Source of the DNA: a virus
Reading direction: 5' to 3' (one strand)
DNA length: 64,000 bases
Virus record (IMG/VR): IMGVR_UViG_3300043411_002794
Location: 96,001-160,000 of that record
The position numbers and the translations under genes were made by a program. Each line of letters opens with the position of its first letter. The first letter of the stretch is position 1. The notes beneath the pieces are model-generated. The model ran no database searches. It was not told the DNA's origin and saw nothing but the letters and a program-made list of their open reading frames with translations. Positions 58,186 to 64,000 of this stretch are shown piece after piece.

Positions 58186-60765
58186 TTAGTTTCCTGCGAT
58201 CGGAGCCAGATCCACTTCGCCCGAGGACTCTTCGGGGTACGGTTCGACGGACTTCTGCTTGAGGAAGATCACGACGTCGCCGAGACCTTCGAACGAATTG
58301 CGAAGTGCGTCTTCCAGCTCCGGCATGTCTTGCTTACCGAACCGCTCGGCGAACCGATCGCCGTGCCAGTAGAACATGAACAAGATCCGGCCCAGGCTAT
58401 CAAGGCCTTTAGCAAGCGGACCCATGTAACGATCGATCATCGTATCGTCACGGACCGCCTTGAGCATCGAGCCGATGGCCGACGCGTCGAAGACTTCCGT
58501 CTGGTCGCTGCCGCCGGCTTGTTGCATGGTTCCGGCATCTTGCGGGCCGATCGGTTTGTCGTACTTCGGGTTCGGGTTGTAGACCTGCGGATCCGTGAGC
58601 CAGCCTTGCAGCCCCGGGACTTCGCTGATTTGGGTGTCCGAGTAGCGCGTGCGGGCGCTATCATGCATGAAATTGCCGCTTTCCGGCTGCGGCTCGTTGT
58701 AAGGCGGCGAGCCGACCGACGAGTCCGTCAGATACGGCGAATTGCCCTGCTGGGCGTAGCCGTACTTCACGTGGAACGAGAAGGCACTGCGGTGCTGGGC
58801 CCGGCCCATCAGCTCGCGGGCTTCTTTCTCCCGGAAGCCGTGATCACGCACCAGGTGCACCAACGCGTCACGGTGATGCAGCGAGCGTTCGTTGACGGTG
58901 ACTGTCGGGCCGTCGACCTTGATGCTCATGAGCGGGAATTCGTTCGCCAGTGCGACCTTCAGTTGCTTCGGCGTACCGAGTTCGAACGCTTCCTTGGTCG
59001 TCTTCTCCGCCTCGGAGTGCGGCTTGAAGTTCTGCGTGAACATGTGCATCTGCACGTCGACGAGATTGCCCGGGCTGATCGGCGGCTTTTTGCTGGCGCC
59101 GTCGAGCGGACCGCTGACGTCCACGTCGTTGCTGTCGCTGCTGCGGACAAGGTCGTATCGCGAGGATTCGACCGTCAGCAGCTTGAAGCCCTTCGGGACG
59201 TACATGTCGCCGCGCTGGGACGTGATCTTCGTGCCCTGCTTGGCGTCGAGGTGGATCCGTTGCCCGTCGCGGTACGAACAGTACGAATCGTCGGACCATT
59301 CCGGCGAAACGCGCGGACCGCCCGTGTTGAACTGGCGGTCGACGTACGTATCGAAATCGACGTCGTAGCACTTATCGTTTTCATCGAGCCCGAGTTCGCC
59401 GCGGACGCGGAACGGAACCGTAGCGTCGCCCTCAGGCCCGATCAGGATGTAGCGGGTGTAACCCTTGCTCAGCGTGCCCGGCTCCGACAGCGACTCGAAC
59501 CACGACTTGAATTCGCTCTTGTCGTATTCTTTGCCGACCCAGACGGCCGCCGTCGCGCAGTTGATCCAGTCCTTACCGCCGCCGTCGAGACGGACGACGG
59601 TGCAACCGCCCAGCCGCTTATCCGGCCCGGCACCGTGGACCACCACCAAGCACTTCTCGAACTTGTTCGGTTTGACGAGCACGTCGAACAGCCCGGTTTC
59701 GCTGGGGTTTTGCAGGCGTTGTTCAACCTGCAGGCTGTACGCGACCGAGACTTCCTCGGCCTTCCGCTCGTCTTTGATCAGCAGCTTGTCGCGGGCCAGT
59801 CGTTCAGCCTCTTCATCCGAGATCCCGGCCGGCCGCACGGGATTACTCGAGCTGTCGTAGGTCATGATCTGCAACGCACCGGTTTTAATCGGGTGCGGGA
59901 TCGCTTCTTCGGCCAACAGGGAGCCGGTCTTGATGCGGAGCGGCTCCTTGACCGGCGTCAGGATGCTGCGGGTGCGGGCACGGGCGCCGGCCAGCTTGAT
60001 CGCTTCGTTGATCACGCCGAGACCGTGGAACCGATCGAACGACTGACCGATCTCCGGATAGTCTTGGAACGTCTCCACCAAGCGGCCGAGCATTTGCAGC
60101 CCAGCTTGCTTGAGAAACGTCGGCAAATGCAGATTGGCGTGCAGCTTCTTGAACTCGGCGTCGATGTCGGTCGTGGCAGCGCGGGCCAGCGCGGGCATCG
60201 CCTCGGCCATTTCTTCGGCAAACGAGCCTTGCTTGAGCGACGGCGAATTGCTGAGCCGGCTGAGGTCCGGCGTCAACATACCGAGCAACGACGAGTTACG
60301 GCCGACGCCGGAGCCCATGATATTGGGCTTCTTGTTGAGAATGTCGTTGACCCAGTTTTCCTGCAGCGGCACGAACACGTCCTGATTTTTCAGGTACAAA
60401 AGCTCATGGCCTTTGAGCGTGCCGTTGAGGAAGAACACCGGGGCCAGCAGGAGGCTGCTGCCGACGCGGAAACCGAAGACACCGATCGCTTTGTTATTGT
60501 CTTCGTTGCGATCGAGCAGCTGGAAGCCAATTTCGTGGTCCAGCAACGTCGGGGCAGAGTCCCGCAGGTACGCATGAGCGAGATTGCTGAAGGCCTGTTC
60601 GAACGGAACGTCGTTACCAGCCTGACTGGCACTAGCGGTCTTAGCGATCGCCAGCTCCCCGTGAGGGATCGCGAACGTCGCCATCTTCGTCAACCAGAAA
60701 CGAACTGCAGGCGATTGAGCCTTACGCATGTCGTGCTCCATCCATGGAACAAGGTCCGCGCTCAT
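58186..60765 (-). CDS. Large hypothetical head-module protein, 859 aa
   Basis: Long ORF with strong GC3 bias; no family recognised. Confidence 0.85.
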   Translation of the reverse strand: MSADLVPWMEHDMRKAQSPAVRFWLTKMATFAIPHGELAIAKTASASQAGNDVPFEQAFSNLAHAYLRDSAPTLLDHEIGFQLLDRNEDNNKAIGVFGFRVGSSLLLAPVFFLNGTLKGHELLYLKNQDVFVPLQENWVNDILNKKPNIMGSGVGRNSSLLGMLTPDLSRLSNSPSLKQGSFAEEMAEAMPALARAATTDIDAEFKKLHANLHLPTFLKQAGLQMLGRLVETFQDYPEIGQSFDRFHGLGVINEAIKLAGARARTRSILTPVKEPLRIKTGSLLAEEAIPHPIKTGALQIMTYDSSSNPVRPAGISDEEAERLARDKLLIKDERKAEEVSVAYSLQVEQRLQNPSETGLFDVLVKPNKFEKCLVVVHGAGPDKRLGGCTVVRLDGGGKDWINCATAAVWVGKEYDKSEFKSWFESLSEPGTLSKGYTRYILIGPEGDATVPFRVRGELGLDENDKCYDVDFDTYVDRQFNTGGPRVSPEWSDDSYCSYRDGQRIHLDAKQGTKITSQRGDMYVPKGFKLLTVESSRYDLVRSSDSNDVDVSGPLDGASKKPPISPGNLVDVQMHMFTQNFKPHSEAEKTTKEAFELGTPKQLKVALANEFPLMSIKVDGPTVTVNERSLHHRDALVHLVRDHGFREKEARELMGRAQHRSAFSFHVKYGYAQQGNSPYLTDSSVGSPPYNEPQPESGNFMHDSARTRYSDTQISEVPGLQGWLTDPQVYNPNPKYDKPIGPQDAGTMQQAGGSDQTEVFDASAIGSMLKAVRDDTMIDRYMGPLAKGLDSLGRILFMFYWHGDRFAERFGKQDMPELEDALRNSFEGLGDVVIFLKQKSVEPYPEESSGEVDLAPIAGN

Positions 60766-60824
60766 GTTGAGGCGGCGCTACGGCGAATAACTTAACAACT
60801 TCTAGGCAGTGACTCTACAGGAGA

Positions 60825-61274
60825 TCACCCGCCCGGGGTTTGTGACGCCGCCGCGGCTTGCTGGCCAAAATCCTTCGCGGACGGGCCGTCAAACAGCGGA
60901 GCCATCGTATTTTTACCACGAACGAACCCGGCCATCCCGGCAATTGCAGGCAGTCCGCCGCTTCGCAAGACGCCGCCCATCGGCATCAGCGCATGCAGCA
61001 ATTGCGGGGCCGCCTTCTGTAAAGCCGGCATAACCGAGGACATCAAACCGGCCTGCTGCAGCTGCGGCGCGACGGCCTTACCGGCGTCGGAGACGGCGTT
61101 GACGCCCTTGTTCAACCACTGCAAACCAGTGTCCGCCACGTCACGAAAACTCCAGCCGCCGGACGGTGCCGGGGTTGCTGGTGCGGGCGGCGGAGACGCA
61201 GGCGATGCCGCGGGCGCAATGCTCGGTGTCTTGGCAATCGGCTGCGATAGCGGCTGAATTCCAGGCGTCTCCAT
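60825..61274 (-). CDS. Pro/Ala-rich hypothetical protein, about 149 aa
   Basis: ATG 2 nt after the beta-prime stop. Confidence 0.65.
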   Translation of the reverse strand: METPGIQPLSQPIAKTPSIAPAASPASPPPAPATPAPSGGWSFRDVADTGLQWLNKGVNAVSDAGKAVAPQLQQAGLMSSVMPALQKAAPQLLHALMPMGGVLRSGGLPAIAGMAGFVRGKNTMAPLFDGPSAKDFGQQAAAASQTPGG

Positions 61275-61276
61275 AG

Positions 61277-63148
61277 TTACCATCCCTTAGTCGGGCCGGT
61301 GAGCCCGAAGTCTTTTCCTTCCGCAAGCGACGGCACGAAGCTGGTTCCGGCGGTGTCCGAAACGTCTCCGCGATGCACGGCCTTGAGGAGTCCCTTTTGC
61401 TGATACGAACCAAGTCCGCGAACCATCCAGTCCTGATCCTGGGAAACGCTGGCCATCCCGCGAATCATCTCCGGCGAGAACGGCGGCGGATCCTTATGCG
61501 CATGCACGGCATTCACGCCGAATTGCTGCAGCTCGTCGAGCATCTTCTTACCGATCTTCGTCCCGATCGTGTAGTGCAACACGGGTTTTTCGAGGTAATG
61601 CCCGACCACGGTGTTCGGCGGGGCCACGTAGTAACCGGGCCGCGGTTCCCAGTGTTTTTCTATGCTGGAGTACGGCACAACGTCGCCTGGTGCCCAGTCG
61701 CCAAGCTCGTCGTCGAGGCGGACGTGATTGATGAGGCCGCGCGCCACCAGCTCGATATTCCGTCGGTTTCCGTAGGTACTGCTGTTTTTGAGCGTATCCC
61801 GAAATGAATTGACGAAGTAGCGGCGACCTTCGCCAATCCCTTTGTGATGCACGATTTCAGCCGGGTTCGGCACGCCTTCAGACAGCACGTCCCCGGCTTC
61901 AACCATGTCGCCTTTCTTGACGCGAAGCGGTAGCTCGGCGGGCACGTAATGCTTGGCGTCGCCGACGATCACGAAATGCCCGCCCTGCGGGGCCGGATTG
62001 ATCGCGTGGACCTTACCTTCGAGTTGTGCGTGCGTTGCCCCGTTCGGAAAGACCTCGGGCACTTGCACCAGGGCGTTGATTGCCTTGAAGCCGCCGACGG
62101 CACCCGCCGTGGCACCAGCGACGCCGCCGGAGTGCTTAGAGCTGATCGTGGCTTGTGTGACCGGTTCTGAGAGGGCGTTGGCGGCGGCAATCCCGACATA
62201 ATCGCCCAACGGCGACAGGCCTTGGCGTTCCCGGTACCCGGCGTCGCGCGCATACACGCCGCCGTCCGACGGACCGCCGACGGCCGCCGAGCGAACCAAA
62301 ATGCGGCTGATACCTGCTGCCTGCAGATCTTTCAGCACGCGGGGCGTTAAATGCGTATTTCGCGGGTAATTGGCGGCCGGATGCGCCAGTAAGGCGCCTT
62401 CATTATCGGCATCGTTGACGTCCACAGGGTAACCGCGGGGCGACGCTTCATCGTACGGATCGTCGTCATCGTCGGCCGTGACCAGGAGTCGATGGGCCGC
62501 CTGCATGAGCTGTTTGGCGAAGAACCCGGCGTCCGACGTACCGGCCTTCAAGTCGATCACGCCTTTGCGCGTACCGAAGGCACCGGCAAAGTATTCGGCC
62601 GGCGTCAGGCCTTCGCTGTAGCTGTGCATCACCGGAATCGGGATCGGTCGTCCCCGGTGGTCTTCGTAGAGCAGGTCGGCCCCGCGCAGGCTGTTCAGCG
62701 ACGAAGCGTTGCCGCGACCGGCCCCGGCCAGCTGACTCGCCAGCGGGTTATCTTCGGCCTGGCTCTCCGCCAACACGTCGTCCACGAGCTTCGGCCGCAC
62801 CTTCTGGATGGCGGCTACGATCGCATCGTTCCGGGCATCGCCGTCGAGCTCCGGGTTGTTCAGGATCTTCTGGATCGCTGGTTCGAGCTGCTGTTTGGCG
62901 AGCCGCGCGGACAGCGCGGGGCGAATTGCCCGCAGACCGAAAGAGTTGCCGTTGCTGAGATAGGCGGCCCGGCTGCCGACTTTCGAGAGCCGGAACATGA
63001 TGTCCCGGTACTTCTCCGGATGCTTCTCGGCGATCAGGTCGCCGAGGTCCACTATGGTCTTCTTGTTGACGACCCGGTCGTAGTCCCTGATGTCTTCGGG
63101 CAGCACCGAATTAACTAAGAGCTGACCTAAAGTCGTTTCAAGGGGCAT
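61277..63148 (-). CDS. rpoC: DNA-directed RNA polymerase beta-prime subunit, C-terminal half of a split gene, 623 aa
   Basis: TTLGQLLVN; AGAGRGN; bridge helix EGLTPAEYFAGAFGTRKGVIDLKAGTSDAGFFAKQL; trigger loop GIAAANALSEPVTQATISSKHSGG; VKKGDMVEAGDVLSEG. No NADFDGD motif in this ORF. Confidence 0.92.
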   Translation of the reverse strand: MPLETTLGQLLVNSVLPEDIRDYDRVVNKKTIVDLGDLIAEKHPEKYRDIMFRLSKVGSRAAYLSNGNSFGLRAIRPALSARLAKQQLEPAIQKILNNPELDGDARNDAIVAAIQKVRPKLVDDVLAESQAEDNPLASQLAGAGRGNASSLNSLRGADLLYEDHRGRPIPIPVMHSYSEGLTPAEYFAGAFGTRKGVIDLKAGTSDAGFFAKQLMQAAHRLLVTADDDDDPYDEASPRGYPVDVNDADNEGALLAHPAANYPRNTHLTPRVLKDLQAAGISRILVRSAAVGGPSDGGVYARDAGYRERQGLSPLGDYVGIAAANALSEPVTQATISSKHSGGVAGATAGAVGGFKAINALVQVPEVFPNGATHAQLEGKVHAINPAPQGGHFVIVGDAKHYVPAELPLRVKKGDMVEAGDVLSEGVPNPAEIVHHKGIGEGRRYFVNSFRDTLKNSSTYGNRRNIELVARGLINHVRLDDELGDWAPGDVVPYSSIEKHWEPRPGYYVAPPNTVVGHYLEKPVLHYTIGTKIGKKMLDELQQFGVNAVHAHKDPPPFSPEMIRGMASVSQDQDWMVRGLGSYQQKGLLKAVHRGDVSDTAGTSFVPSLAEGKDFGLTGPTKGW

Positions 63149-63155
63149 GTTTCGC

Positions 63156-63368
63156 TCATTTGCGCTGCACTAACGGCAGGTGATATTCTTTGGCGGTTTT
63201 CGCAAAAGTGGGATCGCCGAAGTTGGCACAGATATAGCTTCGCGGACCAACCTCCAAAACGAAGTTGATCAGATTACCGAAGTCGTCGTACACCAGGACA
63301 TTGCCGGTAGTTTTGGTCTCTATCGGCTTGAGGCCGTCACGCAGTTCCACTTGCATTGGCATGAGCAC
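63156..63368 (-). CDS. Small hypothetical protein, about 70 aa
   Basis: Fills the gap before the beta-prime gene; beta-rich VLVYDDFGNLI. Confidence 0.55.
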   Translation of the reverse strand: MLMPMQVELRDGLKPIETKTTGNVLVYDDFGNLINFVLEVGPRSYICANFGDPTFAKTAKEYHLPLVQRK

Positions 63369-64000
63369 GCTGCCGAGATTGGAGGAGACGCATCACCGTC
63401 GCCGCCTTGGCAATCCCTGAATCGGGATCGTCGGCCATTGCGTGCGGACTGATACGCGAAACCGGATCGCCGATGTAGGAGTCGGCCTGCTTCTCATCTT
63501 CGAGCTGATGCTGCTCGTCGAGAATGCGCTGGGCAAGCATGGTACCGAACGCTGCTGCCTTGGACGCCGGGGCGGCACCTTGCATCGGTTCGACGGGTGA
63601 GATGGCGCCCGTATCGCCGCCGGCAGCCGGTTGTTGTACCGGACCTGGATCCATGGGACCGCCGGGGACTGCAGTCTCCGCGACCGGGGCGGACGTCATA
63701 CCGGGCGGCAATACGAGCACGCCAGGCGGCAGGGTGATGCCGTGGTGATTCATGATCGCCGTCACTTGCTGCTGGATGTTGTACAACCGCGTGTCCAACA
63801 TCTGCATCATTTGTTCGGGCTTGAGCTTTTGCTGGGCGGGAGCAGCCGGGGCCGCCGGAGCGCCGCCAGGCATCGAGCCGGGCAGCGGCTGAGCCGGTGC
63901 CGCCGGAGCAGGCGGAGGCATCCCACCACCGGCCATTGCAGCCGGGTCGCCAGGTGGGGGCGGAGGCATTCCACCAGCCATCGCAGCCGGGTCACCGGGA
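63337..64000 (-). CDS. Pro/Gly/Ala/Met-rich protein, 5' end outside the window
   Basis: Frame is open to 64000 (PGDPAAMAGGMPPPPPGDPAAMAGGGMPPP); coiled LDTRLYNIQQQV segment; KAAA, KQAD, KAAT motifs. Confidence 0.8.
   Translation of the reverse strand, partial: PGDPAAMAGGMPPPPPGDPAAMAGGGMPPPAPAAPAQPLPGSMPGGAPAAPAAPAQQKLKPEQMMQMLDTRLYNIQQQVTAIMNHHGITLPPGVLVLPPGMTSAPVAETAVPGGPMDPGPVQQPAAGGDTGAISPVEPMQGAAPASKAAAFGTMLAQRILDEQHQLEDEKQADSYIGDPVSRISPHAMADDPDSGIAKAATVMRLLQSRQRAHANASGTA

Noticed and set aside
58330-60795. Long plus-strand ORFs (821 aa here; also 47596..49482, 9872..11185, 3583..4524 and many others)
   Set aside because: They are antisense shadows of GC3-biased minus-strand genes. They have no RBS or family motifs, and the PVGPVG repeats are simply the reverse complement of the collagen codons.
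61277-63148. Host chromosomal rpoC or a host rpoC pseudogene
   Set aside because: There is no rpoB or ribosomal-protein context. The ORF is intact, highly diverged and embedded among phage head genes.

Overview
This window is a 64-kb segment of a large, GC-rich tailed phage with a contractile tail (myovirus type), in the standard genetic code. Every credible gene is on the minus strand, and the window cuts a gene at each end. In the direction of transcription (right to left) it carries: (1) the C-terminal half of a split, bacterial-type RNA polymerase beta-prime subunit; (2) a head module with unknown head proteins, a prohead protease interrupted by a LAGLIDADG intein, a scaffold-like protein, a decoration protein, the major capsid protein and an adaptor; (3) a small accessory cassette; (4) neck, tail terminator, a 932-aa sheath, tube, VgrG/gp5-like spike, a tail chaperone pair with a canonical -1 slippery site, tape measure and hub; (5) a sigma-70-family factor embedded among baseplate genes; (6) baseplate wedge genes and a five-gene paralogous array; (7) three Thr-rich collagen-like fibre genes interleaved with five glycosyltransferases (GT9, GT2-like, GT25, GT32, GT4) and a sulfotransferase; (8) small accessory genes. 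The strongest candidate for an undescribed system is phage-encoded glycosylation and sulfation of collagen-like virion fibres. Next are a K-x-A motif enriched across head proteins (candidate maturation-protease signal) and a phage RNA polymerase/sigma system. All family assignments come from motif recognition by eye; no searches were run. I saw no tRNA, rRNA or CRISPR array.
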